This document shows, piece by piece, positions 1-9,976 of a stretch of 62,512 nucleotides of DNA. The stretch is taken from sequence record DRR378314_1366, one strand, 5' to 3'. The position numbers and the translations under genes are program-made. A model generated the notes under the pieces. That model had not been told where the DNA came from. It ran no database searches and was given only the letters and a program-made list of their open reading frames with translations. Every line of letters starts with the position of its first letter. The first letter of the stretch is position 1.

Positions 1-1
1 G

Positions 2-25
2 AACCTGAAACAAGTTCAGGTTGAC
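2..25. repeat. REP-like palindrome (TGAC-tagged)
   Basis: AACCTGAA-acaag-TTCAGGTT hairpin ending in TGAC. Confidence 0.6.
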
Positions 26-81
26 GAAAACAGGCTTCTTGGGCAATTTTCCCCATGGATGTTAACCACCTGACCATCAAT

Positions 82-120
82 AAAAAAAACAAGGGGTCAA
101 ACCTAAGTTCGACCCCTTGT
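82..120 (-). terminator. Rho-independent terminator of the isochorismatase-family gene
   Basis: CAAGGGGTC/GACCCCTTG stem; A8 on + gives a U-tract on -. Confidence 0.75.
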
Positions 121-152
121 CACTCAACTGCAACATCACAAACACTTAAGTT

Positions 153-887
153 TTACTTCATGTCGTGCATTTTCAATTCTTTCACCAATTCTTTTGTGGT
201 GAAGACACGGCTTGAAATCATTTTATAGTTGGTTTGGGCAGCTTGATCACCGTCCAATCCAGGTAGTTTGGCAGAAGCTGTAGCGTCTCCCACTACGGCT
301 ACTTCAAAACCATTTTCCACCAATTCCCTCATATGTGATTCAGCACAAAGATTACCGGACATTCCTGCCAAGATTACTTTGTCCACACCTTGTTTTCTCA
401 ACTGTAAGGCCAAATCGTTGGACTCGGAACCGAACACTTTGTGAGGACTTGTAACCACTACCCTATCCTTGTTAATGTACTTTTTGTAACGAGGCAACCA
501 ATCGGCACCGGAACCTTTAAAACCTTTTACGTTCAATTGGTCCCCACGGTCGAACATGCTGATGTTGTGCATCAATTTTTCAAGGGTACCCTCAAACTTC
601 CACACGTGATCGTGCTCGTAGTAGTAGTGGGGAGAAATAAATACGGGAATGTTGTATTCTTCACCCAACTTAAAAATAGTCTCCAGGTTCTCTATGGTGT
701 TGTTCTCCTGAACGCTCTCCCCCACGGCACCCCAGGCCACACCGTCGGGGCTAAGGAAATCGTTTTGTGGATCGGTAATTACAATGGCAGTAGTTCCGTC
801 AATGATAAAACCTGGTTCTGGTAATTGAGCATGGAGCCCTGAAATGGTAATCATGAACACGGTAAGTGTTCGCATCAAATTTTTCAT
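153..887 (-). CDS. Isochorismatase-family cysteine hydrolase with signal peptide
   Basis: IVITDPQNDF, HK and LAGMSGNLCAESHMR motifs; start taken at MKNLMRT (ATG 887). Confidence 0.85.
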   Translation of the reverse strand: MKNLMRTLTVFMITISGLHAQLPEPGFIIDGTTAIVITDPQNDFLSPDGVAWGAVGESVQENNTIENLETIFKLGEEYNIPVFISPHYYYEHDHVWKFEGTLEKLMHNISMFDRGDQLNVKGFKGSGADWLPRYKKYINKDRVVVTSPHKVFGSESNDLALQLRKQGVDKVILAGMSGNLCAESHMRELVENGFEVAVVGDATASAKLPGLDGDQAAQTNYKMISSRVFTTKELVKELKMHDMK

Positions 888-1072
888 GGTATTTTTCTTT
901 AACTGATTAAACTTAAATTTTGATGGGACAAAGTTGCGGCAATACCAAGCATGAAAAAATGGATAAAGTACGCCAGTGAATGGACAATTTTCCTTCAATT
1001 TGATTGCTTGTAAAATTTTGGTTGCTTCAAAAAGGGCATCCCTCAATTCAAATGGGGCATTCGTCAATTGAG

Positions 1073-1091
1073 TGCGCAAAATAATTGCGCA
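1073..1091. promoter_or_regulatory. Palindromic operator candidate TGCGCA-N7-TGCGCA
   Basis: Two self-palindromic hexamers in a divergent intergenic region. Confidence 0.35.
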
Positions 1092-1118
1092 TTGTGTAGA
1101 TTGATCAAAAATAAGAGT

Positions 1119-1238
1119 ATGACTACACTAGAAACGATAAACGCCTTACAGATATTTTGCTTGATTATGGTCGGCATCATTATTTTTATTGCTGGTTGGT
1201 TTGCCGGTGCGGAATGGTGGAAAAGAAAAACATTTTAA
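1119..1238 (+). CDS. Small single-TM protein, 39 aa (MTTLETINALQIFCLIMVGIIIFIAGWFAGAEWWKRKTF)
   Basis: Translated by hand; hydrophobic helix plus basic tail; below the ORF-track cutoff. Confidence 0.5.
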   Translation: MTTLETINALQIFCLIMVGIIIFIAGWFAGAEWWKRKTF

Positions 1239-1293
1239 TACAATACAGTAGCGGTATCAACGTTGGACAAACACCGAACCTACTTAAACGTAC

Positions 1294-1656
1294 TTGACCA
1301 TTTTTTGGAGCCACCCTAACATTGAAGCCGTTCTGGCCTATTTTGGCGATAGCCAGTACACCGTTAAAATAGATCGGTTGTGTACGGGTGAGATACGCTA
1401 TCTCTGCTGGCACAAGAGCAACAGTATTTTGGCCAAACCCAACTTGATTCTTCGGAACGGAAAAATAAGGGAATCCCAAAACGGTGAAAGCGTGGAATAT
1501 ACCTTTTTGTGCGATGACCGGGTTTTTACCGTAGAATACATCGCCTCTAAACTAAAAGGTGGTACAGCTTACTACTTTATAGAGGTTATGGACAAGGACC
1601 AAAAAAAAAGTACCTGGAAAATGGAACATATGTCCATCCCCAAGTACCTTCGTTAA
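1294..1656 (+). CDS. Hypothetical protein
   Basis: 120 aa ORF with TTG start, no stronger competing ORF. Confidence 0.6.
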   Translation: MTIFWSHPNIEAVLAYFGDSQYTVKIDRLCTGEIRYLCWHKSNSILAKPNLILRNGKIRESQNGESVEYTFLCDDRVFTVEYIASKLKGGTAYYFIEVMDKDQKKSTWKMEHMSIPKYLR

Positions 1657-1671
1657 TTATGCTGGAGTAAT

Positions 1672-2868
1672 TTATCCTTTGTAGGTCACCCTGTAAATGG
1701 CATTGCCCTCATCATCTGAGATAAGCAAGGAACCGTCTTCAAGGAAGAGCAAATCCACAGGTCTGCCAAATGCTTCTTGTGACTCTTCGTCCAACCAACC
1801 ATCGATAAAGGGTTCGTAACTCACGGCTTCGCCATTTTCGAGTTTTACCATGGTGATCCTGTAGCCTACTTTGGAGGAACGGTTCCACGAACCATGTTCT
1901 GCCAAAAATGCATGCCCTCGATAGGCTTCTGGAAACATGGGGCCTTTACCAAACTTAACACCAAGAGCCGCTACGTGCGCACCCAATGGCTGTACGGGAG
2001 GTACAAAATCGGAACAGGGACGTTGGTCGCCATATTCGGGGTCCTTTACGGTTCCGCCGTGGCAATAGGGATAACCAAAATGCTGTCCGACTTCGGTAAG
2101 CTTGTTCAATTCCCCCGGAGGTATATCATCGCCCATCATATCCCTGCCATTGTCTGTAAACCACAATTCATCGGTATCGGGATGCCATGTAAAGCCTACG
2201 GTATTTCGTACGCCATGCGCCACAATCTCCCTATTTTTGCCTTCAAGGTCCATTCTGGTAATGGAGGCATAACGTTTGTCCACGGTTGCGCTATCGCAAA
2301 TATTGCAAGGTGCTCCAACGGGCACGTACAATTTATCATCGGGTCCAAAAGCAATGTATTTCCAACCATGGTGGAACTCGGTCGGGTAATCATCATAAAT
2401 TAGTTCCGGGTCCTGTGGATTTTCTAACTGGGATTCAATATCGGTATATTTGAACATCTTGCTCACTGCGGCCACATATAGATCACCATTTTTAAAAGCT
2501 ACGCCGTTGGGCTGGTCCAAGTCGGAGGCAATGGTATAGTTTTCGTCCACCTTGTAATCACCGTCCGTGTCTTTTAGCGCATATACCTTGCCCTCGTTAC
2601 GAGTGCCCACGAACAGCGTTCCATCGGCCCCCATGGCCATGGAGCGAGCACCCTCAACATTTTCGGCATAAAGTGCTATGCTAAATCCTTCCGGGAGGTT
2701 AAGGCGGTCCAAATATAATTGGGTGGAATCCTGTGATACCTCCGCATTATCCGTCACTTCTTCAGTAGATTCTTTTTCTTGATTTTCTTTTTTTCCGTTG
2801 CATGCCAAAATGCTTACTGAAAGCACGAACATAAATATTGACCTAAAGGTCAAAGCGTACATTTTCAT
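1672..2868 (-). CDS. PQQ-dependent sugar / L-sorbosone dehydrogenase family lipoprotein
   Basis: LAC lipobox; HHGWKYIAFGPD, GVRNTVGF, HGSWNRS, GRPVD beta-propeller motifs. Confidence 0.9.
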   Translation of the reverse strand: MKMYALTFRSIFMFVLSVSILACNGKKENQEKESTEEVTDNAEVSQDSTQLYLDRLNLPEGFSIALYAENVEGARSMAMGADGTLFVGTRNEGKVYALKDTDGDYKVDENYTIASDLDQPNGVAFKNGDLYVAAVSKMFKYTDIESQLENPQDPELIYDDYPTEFHHGWKYIAFGPDDKLYVPVGAPCNICDSATVDKRYASITRMDLEGKNREIVAHGVRNTVGFTWHPDTDELWFTDNGRDMMGDDIPPGELNKLTEVGQHFGYPYCHGGTVKDPEYGDQRPCSDFVPPVQPLGAHVAALGVKFGKGPMFPEAYRGHAFLAEHGSWNRSSKVGYRITMVKLENGEAVSYEPFIDGWLDEESQEAFGRPVDLLFLEDGSLLISDDEGNAIYRVTYKG

Positions 2869-3048
2869 CGTTTTTATAGGTGTTTTGGTTTCTGAGACAA
2901 TAAAGCTATAATAAAATATGGAAAGAACAGGATGATTGAGGGAGGATGTCAATTTTCAGAACTCGCAAGTCAGATACTTTTACAGGAATCCCTTGAAGTT
3001 ACATCTTAAATTTGACCTTGATTCTTGACCTTGCACCCCTTGCACTCA

Positions 3049-3609
3049 CTATTCCTCCTCTTTGGTGTATTCGGAATAATCCCCCTGATACCAAATATTG
3101 TTTCGATGGGTACTGGAAATGCTCAATCTTGCCATTCCACCGGGATATAACTGCGCAATTACCTGAAACCCTTCCGTTTCGTGTTCGATATTGAATTGAA
3201 TGGTTTTTCCAGTACCTTTTTTATTGGGTTCAATGGAAAGGTCTTTGGGGACTCCCTCAAAATTGATTCCTGTATTATTTTGGTTGTACCCTCCTCCCAT
3301 TTGGCGTTCCCCAAAATAAGGAAGGTCGGCTTTGACGCTATCGCCCATCATACGTAAATAACCGCCTGTACCGGTGATGTCTATACGGCTTACGGAACTG
3401 CCGGGAGGCAACATTCCAGCTGCGGCTATACTATTTAGGCTTTGGCTCGCCAAGGGCTGTGCCCATTTGGCTTTGATTTCGAACTGCTTATCAGAAATCA
3501 TCTTTTCCATTGCAGCTATTTCCTCTGGAGTTGCAGAACTTTTAGTTGATGAGCATGCTAAGGAGGTCAGCAATAACATAAAAATACCAATGTTCAGTAA
3601 AGGCTTCAT
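3049..3609 (-). CDS. DUF4251 family lipoprotein
   Basis: LAC lipobox; DSVKADLPYFGER motif. Confidence 0.8.
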   Translation of the reverse strand: MKPLLNIGIFMLLLTSLACSSTKSSATPEEIAAMEKMISDKQFEIKAKWAQPLASQSLNSIAAAGMLPPGSSVSRIDITGTGGYLRMMGDSVKADLPYFGERQMGGGYNQNNTGINFEGVPKDLSIEPNKKGTGKTIQFNIEHETEGFQVIAQLYPGGMARLSISSTHRNNIWYQGDYSEYTKEEE

Positions 3610-3676
3610 AGTTTTGAATATTAGCATCTTACAAGGTACGAAATACATAAGTCAAATCGAGGTAAATAACGAGGTA

Positions 3677-4594
3677 TTAACGTTTAAAGCGTTCAAAGAT
3701 GGCCAATGTCTTTTTGGTATTGATGAAATAGACCCCCGTTAAAAGAATGGCAGCGGCCACGATGGATTGTAGGGTGATTTTCTCATCCAAAAAATACCAA
3801 CCCAACAGCAATGCCACAATAGGATTCACATAGGTAGATGTTGCTACCTTTTCGGGGGACACAGCTTTTAGCAAATAGTTAAAAGAGGTAAAGGCGACTA
3901 TACTCCCCAAAAATATGAGCAACAGCATAGATAACTGCACCTTACCGCTCCAGACCGAGGGAGAAGTCCACTCTTCCCCAAAACCCAAACTCATCAAACT
4001 TAAAACAAGCCCGGCAAAAAACATTTGATAGCCGGTGTTCACAAAATAATTATTGGGCAGGTCGGCATTGGCCACAAAAAGACTAGCGTAGGCCCAACAG
4101 AGCATGCAAAAGAATATCATGATCATACCGACAATGGATTCTTCTTGGGCGATGATTTGCCTTTGACTGACCAATAAATAAATGCCAATAATGCCAAAAA
4201 TCACCCCTACCACGGACATGGGCTGTATTTTTTTACCTTGTAAAATGCGCATCAATAAAAGAATAATGAGCGGTTGAGATGATATTTCCAGGGCGGCAAA
4301 TCCTGTATCCACGTAGCGTAAGGCCCAGACCACCAATCCATTCCCAATGCTCAAAAAGAGTATTCCGGCAATTAAGGTGTTCAGTAGCTGTTTTTTAGTA
4401 ATGCGAAGGGAGGTGCCCATGGCTTTGGCCAACAGAAAAATGCAAAGACCGGCCAAAGTAAACCTAAAACTGGCCAACATAAAGGGCTCCAGTTCCAACA
4501 CTGCTATTTTATTCAATAAATACGTTGAGCCCCATATCACGTAAATGGCAAAAAAGGCCATGATCACGAGAGCAGAGTTTGAGGATTTTGCCAT
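3677..4594 (-). CDS. EamA/DMT family transporter
   Basis: IWGSTY and YVNPIVALLLG motifs, about 10 TM segments. Confidence 0.9.
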   Translation of the reverse strand: MAKSSNSALVIMAFFAIYVIWGSTYLLNKIAVLELEPFMLASFRFTLAGLCIFLLAKAMGTSLRITKKQLLNTLIAGILFLSIGNGLVVWALRYVDTGFAALEISSQPLIILLLMRILQGKKIQPMSVVGVIFGIIGIYLLVSQRQIIAQEESIVGMIMIFFCMLCWAYASLFVANADLPNNYFVNTGYQMFFAGLVLSLMSLGFGEEWTSPSVWSGKVQLSMLLLIFLGSIVAFTSFNYLLKAVSPEKVATSTYVNPIVALLLGWYFLDEKITLQSIVAAAILLTGVYFINTKKTLAIFERFKR

Positions 4595-4684
4595 TTTATG
4601 GACCGTTTAGCTGCCCTGCAATATTACGTATGTTTTAGGTAAGTGTGTATCTAAAACTTAGGCAATTTTCTTCAGTGGAATAAC

Positions 4685-5017
4685 TTACCGTGGTTTTTGT
4701 AAATCTAATAAGTAGGAAGCAAAGTCACTTTCCAATTGTTTGAAAAGATTTAAATGATGGTTTAGCTCATTGTGGTGGGCATCTTCCATATCCAATTCAC
4801 GCTGCTTTATTTTGGACATCACTTTTTTTTGATGGGTTTTATAGTTTTGGATGCTTTTGTGTAATTCATAAAACTTTTCGAACCGCCGGGGACATTTGGG
4901 TTCGTAGGTGTAAGAACTCAGTTTTTCCAACAGGCGTTGCACCATTCTATTGTTTCTTTCCACCCGCACCAGTAGTTCTTGCTGCTTTTCTATATTATTT
5001 TGGGTGATATGTTCCAT
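4685..5017 (-). CDS. Hypothetical helical protein
   Basis: 110 aa ORF with ATG start filling an intergenic gap. Confidence 0.7.
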   Translation of the reverse strand: MEHITQNNIEKQQELLVRVERNNRMVQRLLEKLSSYTYEPKCPRRFEKFYELHKSIQNYKTHQKKVMSKIKQRELDMEDAHHNELNHHLNLFKQLESDFASYLLDLQKPR

Positions 5018-5129
5018 AGGTTTAAAGGGAATTGTAGAAGTAACAGATTGACGTCCTTTAAGTTAAATAAAATCTTGCAAAGGTTTACAGCTTAACCCAT
5101 ATTTAATGGTTTATTTAACATATCTGAAC

Positions 5130-5154
5130 AAAAAGGCCCGGCTTTTGCCGGGCC
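5130..5154 (-). terminator. Rho-independent terminator of the OmpA-family gene
   Basis: GGCCCGGC-TTTT-GCCGGGCC with an adjacent A-run. Confidence 0.8.
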
Positions 5155-5180
5155 ACATCATTTATGTCTGTTAGTGACTT

Positions 5181-5876
5181 TTAGTTTCCAGTCTGCTCGC
5201 GAGCTTCCTCTTTAAGCTCTTCACTGGCTACAATAGCCAACTCTACACGTCTGTTCGCTGCTTTGCCCGAAGCTGTTTCATTGCCTTCCACAGGCTGTAC
5301 TTCGCCGTACCATTTGGTGGTAAATCTTCCGCTGGAAATACCTTTGGAAACCAAATAGCTGGTCACCGCCTTTGCCCGGCGTTCGGAAAGACCCATATTG
5401 TATTCAGCAGCACCATCGCTATCCGTATGTCCTTCCACAAGGATGTTGGATTTTGGATACTCCTTAAAAATTCCGGCCAACTTGTCCAAGGTAGTGGCAG
5501 AAGCTCCTTTGATGTCAGATTTGTTGGTATCAAAATAAACACCGTTTTCTCCACTAAAGGTAACATTGATGCCCTCGCCTACCCTTTGCACTTCGGCTCC
5601 TGGGATTTCTTGTTCGATTTGTTCCGCTTGTCGGTCCATTCGGTTTCCAATGTAACCTCCGGCAGCACCACCCACTACGGCACCGATTATGGCACCGAGG
5701 GCTGTATTGTTTCCGTCACCCACATTATTTCCGATAACGCCGCCGATAACAGCACCGCTACCAGCACCTATCGCGGCACCTTTTTGGGTATTGTTTGCAT
5801 TTTTGACTGCATCGCAGCTAATTATAATGGTCAACGCCAAAAACGCCGTTGCTCCTTTTAAAACTATATTTTTCAT
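5181..5876 (-). CDS. OmpA family lipoprotein with glycine zipper
   Basis: Gly-zipper region, EGHTD, NMGLSERRA, NRRVE. Confidence 0.95.
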   Translation of the reverse strand: MKNIVLKGATAFLALTIIISCDAVKNANNTQKGAAIGAGSGAVIGGVIGNNVGDGNNTALGAIIGAVVGGAAGGYIGNRMDRQAEQIEQEIPGAEVQRVGEGINVTFSGENGVYFDTNKSDIKGASATTLDKLAGIFKEYPKSNILVEGHTDSDGAAEYNMGLSERRAKAVTSYLVSKGISSGRFTTKWYGEVQPVEGNETASGKAANRRVELAIVASEELKEEAREQTGN

Positions 5877-5880
5877 GAAA

Positions 5881-6366
5881 TTATTTTTTTGAGAATTCGT
5901 AAACTATGGTCACAGGTTGACCATCAACCGATACATTGGAATTGAGCGTCATGGATTGTTCGGATAAACTAACAATATTCAAACGGTATCCGTACCCCCC
6001 AGAAATATCTTTTCGGTTTTCATCAATAAACTTGAATTGAAGTTGGCTTTGGTAATTCTGTTGTGGCTCTACCACAGACCATCTAAAATAGCGGTCCCCT
6101 CCTTGACAGAGTGAACTTTGGGCTATGGTATAGCGCCCAGTACTATTGTTGTCCCTGAAAAACCATTCGCTGTCTTCGAAGCAGATATCTTCCGCATCAT
6201 TGAAGATGGTCGATTTAAAGTTTCCAGAGGCATTCTCGTAATACACGTTGTCCAAATTCCAAGTGCCGCTGAACAAATTTCGCTGTGCTCTAGCGTTTTT
6301 GGAGATGGAACATGATGAGACCAAAAGCCCCATCACTGTAATAAATAAAAGTGATCGTTTCATCAT
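5881..6366 (-). CDS. Lipocalin-like lipoprotein
   Basis: SSC lipobox and GTW motif. Confidence 0.75.
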   Translation of the reverse strand: MMKRSLLFITVMGLLVSSCSISKNARAQRNLFSGTWNLDNVYYENASGNFKSTIFNDAEDICFEDSEWFFRDNNSTGRYTIAQSSLCQGGDRYFRWSVVEPQQNYQSQLQFKFIDENRKDISGGYGYRLNIVSLSEQSMTLNSNVSVDGQPVTIVYEFSKK

Positions 6367-6455
6367 AAGTATTTAAGTTAATGTTCAAAACATATACGAT
6401 TGGGGACGTATTTAAAGTTGTTAAAGTATCAAAAAATAGTTAATCCAAATAGATT

Positions 6456-8435
6456 TCAATATTTAAATAGTGTTATCAATTCCGATTCAAATCGCTGCTT
6501 TGGCAAAAAATTTTCTTCCAATGATTTAGCAAAGGGCACCGGGGTTTCCAAACTGCCCACTCTTTTTACGGGAGCATCCAAGTATTCAAAGCAGTTTTCC
6601 ATCACCATGGCCGATATATCGCTGGCCACACCTCCAAACAAAGTATCTTCTTGCAATATGATCAGTTTTCCGGTCTTTTTGACCGAATCATAAATTGCTT
6701 CGGTGTCCAAAGGTTGAAGCGTCCGTAAATCAATCAAATCCACATCGATTTCTGGATGCTTGTCCAGTGTTTCCATGGCCCAATGCACTCCTGCACCATA
6801 GGTGACCACGGATATGGAATTACCTTCCCTTAAAAGTTTCGCCTTGCCAAAAGGCAAGGTGTAATAATCGATGGGCACATCGCCTTTAATACTTCGGTAC
6901 AGTCCCTTGTGCTCAAAAAACAATACCGGGTTCGGGTCGTTAATGGCTGTGTTCAACAGTCCTTTGGCATCATATGGAAATGCGGGATATACTACTTTTA
7001 GCCCTGGCGTTTTGGTAAACCAGGCCTCATTGGTCTGCGAATGAAAGGGCCCCGCCCCTACACCACCACCGCAGGGCATTCGGATGACCACATCAGCTTT
7101 TTCGTTCCAACGGTAATGTATTTTGGCCAAATAGTTTACAATGGGGTTGAAGCCCGAGCTCACAAAATCGGCAAACTGCATCTCTACGACAGCCTTCATT
7201 CCATTGATGGACAATCCCATAGCTGTGGAAACAATCGCGGACTCACAAATAGGAGTATTTCGCACTCGGCTCTTCCCAAATTTGGGAACAAACCCTTCGG
7301 TAATTTTAAAAACACCACCATAGTCGGCAACATCTTGCCCCATGATAATGAGCTCGTTGTGGCGAAACATGGATTGTTCCAAACCTTTGGAGATGGCATC
7401 TACAAAGCGTATATTTTCTGTTTGATTTGATTTGGGTTCAATATTTTGATAATCAAAATCTTGATACACTTCTTTTAATTCTTTACTTTCAATTGAGGAC
7501 ACTCCGGGCTCATCAAAAGCCAACTGCAGATTCGCATTGATTTCATCGCTAAAATCAGCTTTGATTTCCGCAACCATTTCCTCAGTTAACATTCCTTCTT
7601 CCAACAAAAAACTTTCATAATTGGAAATCGGGTCTTTCTTCTCCCACTCTTTCATCAACTTGTCCGGAACGTATTTGGTGCCACTCGCTTCTTCATGCCC
7701 CCGCATCCGAAAAGTTTTAAATTCCAACAGCACAGGTCGCGGCCTTCTTCGAATGGCTTTGCATAATTCATCCACTTTGGCATATACCTCCAAAATGTTG
7801 TTCCCGTCAATGATTCTGGATTCGATGCCGTAGCCCTTGGCTCTATCCGCCAAATGCTCGCAATTGTATTGCTCGTTCGTGGGCGTGGAAAGTCCGTAGC
7901 CGTTGTTTTCAATACAGAACAACACAGGTAAGTTCCAGACGGAAGCTACGTTCAGTGCTTCATGAAAATCCCCTTCGCTGGTTGCACCTTCACCCGTAAA
8001 AACGGCGGTCACTCGTTTTTTTCTGCGTAACATATCGGCCAAGGCAATGCCATCGGCAACCCCAAGTTGAGGCCCCAAGTGGGAAATCATCCCCACAATT
8101 TTGTATTCCTGGGTACCAAAATGAAAACTTCGGTCCCTACCTTGTGTAAACCCGCTTTTTTTTCCCTGCCATTGGGCAAATAGTCGGTTCAATGGAATGT
8201 TTCTGGACGTGAATACCCCTAGGTTTCGGTGCATGGGAAGTATATATTCACTTTCCTTGAGCGCCTTGGTGACCCCCACGGAAATGGCCTCCTGCCCTAT
8301 CCCGCTAAACCATTTGGAAATTTTGCCCTGCCTTAGAAGAATCAGCATTTTTTCTTCTATCATTCTGGGCTTCAGCATTGCCTTGTATAAATCCAACAAC
8401 TTTTCCTGTTCCAAGCTGCCAACATGATACCTCAT
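6456..8435 (-). CDS. Fused 2-oxoacid dehydrogenase E1 alpha/beta subunit
   Basis: TPP motif GEGATSEG..NN, NTPICE, EMQFADF, HSQ. Confidence 0.95.
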   Translation of the reverse strand: MRYHVGSLEQEKLLDLYKAMLKPRMIEEKMLILLRQGKISKWFSGIGQEAISVGVTKALKESEYILPMHRNLGVFTSRNIPLNRLFAQWQGKKSGFTQGRDRSFHFGTQEYKIVGMISHLGPQLGVADGIALADMLRRKKRVTAVFTGEGATSEGDFHEALNVASVWNLPVLFCIENNGYGLSTPTNEQYNCEHLADRAKGYGIESRIIDGNNILEVYAKVDELCKAIRRRPRPVLLEFKTFRMRGHEEASGTKYVPDKLMKEWEKKDPISNYESFLLEEGMLTEEMVAEIKADFSDEINANLQLAFDEPGVSSIESKELKEVYQDFDYQNIEPKSNQTENIRFVDAISKGLEQSMFRHNELIIMGQDVADYGGVFKITEGFVPKFGKSRVRNTPICESAIVSTAMGLSINGMKAVVEMQFADFVSSGFNPIVNYLAKIHYRWNEKADVVIRMPCGGGVGAGPFHSQTNEAWFTKTPGLKVVYPAFPYDAKGLLNTAINDPNPVLFFEHKGLYRSIKGDVPIDYYTLPFGKAKLLREGNSISVVTYGAGVHWAMETLDKHPEIDVDLIDLRTLQPLDTEAIYDSVKKTGKLIILQEDTLFGGVASDISAMVMENCFEYLDAPVKRVGSLETPVPFAKSLEENFLPKQRFESELITLFKY

Positions 8436-8545
8436 ACCATAATTTTCTGTTGGATAAATGTAGTAAAAAGGCCTTCAAAACACCTTAAAATTTGAAAAGC
8501 TTCGCCTTTATTCCCTATTTTTGGTCTAACATCAAAGATGACGAT

Positions 8546-9496
8546 ATGAGTGCTATCCCAAGTGTAGACCTGAAAGATTTTGTTTCGGGCGACCCAAAAA
8601 GAAAAGAAAAGTTTGTCAAAGAAATAGGTGCTGCTTTCGAGGAAATCGGCTTTGTGGCGCTGAGCGGACATTTTTTATCGGATGAATTGGTGGAAAACCT
8701 GTATGATGAAATAAAAAAGTTTTTCAACTTGCCACAAGAAGTCAAAGATAACTATGAGATTGAAGGCATTGGAGGGCAACGTGGGTACACTTCCTTTGGA
8801 AAGGAACATGCCAAAGGAAAAAAAGAAGGAGACTTGAAGGAGTTTTGGCATTTTGGCCAATATGTGGAAGGTAACCCGGCATTGGAAGCCGAATATCCGG
8901 ACAATGTGACGGTGGATGAGTTGCCCGATTTTAACCGGATTGGCAAAGAAACCTATAAAATGTTGGAGAAAACCGCGAAATATATACTTCGTGCACTTGC
9001 CTTGCACCTGGGCCTGGAGGAAACCTATTTTGACGAACACATCAAAAACGGGAATTCCATTTTAAGACCTATCCATTACCCGCCCATTACCGAAGAACCC
9101 AAAAATGCAGTAAGGGCAGCGGCACATGGCGATATCAATTTGATTACGCTGTTGATGGGCGCCCATGGAAAGGGGCTTCAAGTAAAAGACCACGAGGGCA
9201 ATTGGGTGGATGCCATTGCAAGACCCGACCAGTTGATGATCAATGTTGGCGATATGCTCTCCAGACTATCAAACAACCAGTTAAAATCGACGATTCACCA
9301 AGTGGTAAACCCACCAAAGGAGCTTTGGGGCACATCCCGTTACTCCATTCCGTTTTTTATGCACCCTATAAGCGATATGCCGTTGAACTGTTTGGAAAAC
9401 TGCATTGACGAAACGCACTCCAAAGCGTTCGATGACATTACCGCAGGAGAATATCTGCACGAACGATTGATAGAACTCGGACTGATCAAAAAATAA
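8546..9496 (+). CDS. Isopenicillin N synthase family 2OG-Fe(II) oxygenase
   Basis: HGD...H iron triad and RYS motif; start at MSAIPSVDL. Confidence 0.92.
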   Translation: MSAIPSVDLKDFVSGDPKRKEKFVKEIGAAFEEIGFVALSGHFLSDELVENLYDEIKKFFNLPQEVKDNYEIEGIGGQRGYTSFGKEHAKGKKEGDLKEFWHFGQYVEGNPALEAEYPDNVTVDELPDFNRIGKETYKMLEKTAKYILRALALHLGLEETYFDEHIKNGNSILRPIHYPPITEEPKNAVRAAAHGDINLITLLMGAHGKGLQVKDHEGNWVDAIARPDQLMINVGDMLSRLSNNQLKSTIHQVVNPPKELWGTSRYSIPFFMHPISDMPLNCLENCIDETHSKAFDDITAGEYLHERLIELGLIKK

Positions 9497-9503
9497 GCTA
9501 CGC

Positions 9504-9833
9504 ATGGATTTAGGAGACCAGCTCAAAAATTTATTTCCCGACCACGTTCCTGAAGACGAACCCAACAAGGAAAAGGAAAAACCTCCTTATTGGCTTCAGG
9601 AGGATCCCATTATCTGCAAATACGAGAAACGAAAGGGCAAGCCTATTACCATACTTGAAGGGTACAACGGAGCTGACAGTGATTTTAAAAAATTGACAAG
9701 AGACCTGAAAATGCTATTGGGCGTGGGTGGCAGCTTTAAAGATGAAACCATATTGATCCAAGGGGATTATCGGGACAAAATCATGGAATTCCTAAAGAAA
9801 AAAGGGTTTGCCGTTAAGCGCGTTGGCGGGTAA
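9504..9833 (+). CDS. SUI1/YciH family translation initiation factor
   Basis: KRKGK..T, GVGGS, IQGD motifs. Confidence 0.9.
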   Translation: MDLGDQLKNLFPDHVPEDEPNKEKEKPPYWLQEDPIICKYEKRKGKPITILEGYNGADSDFKKLTRDLKMLLGVGGSFKDETILIQGDYRDKIMEFLKKKGFAVKRVGG

Positions 9834-9976
9834 TTTTCAATTGGGTAAAAACCGATACGGTTTCCCCTTACATGTTAAAAACTCGTCCTGAATACCAATG
9901 TTTTGCGAAAAAATTTTTGTGTTGTTGCTTTAAACATTACTTTTATTCTTCCTAACCAACGAAAACTGAGCTGAAA

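Noticed and set aside
888-1079. Long upstream extensions given by the ORF track (also for the ORFs ending or starting at 2952, 21105, 39258, 44401 and 52846)
   Set aside because: The extensions cross promoter DNA; downstream ATGs give proper signal peptides or family N-termini
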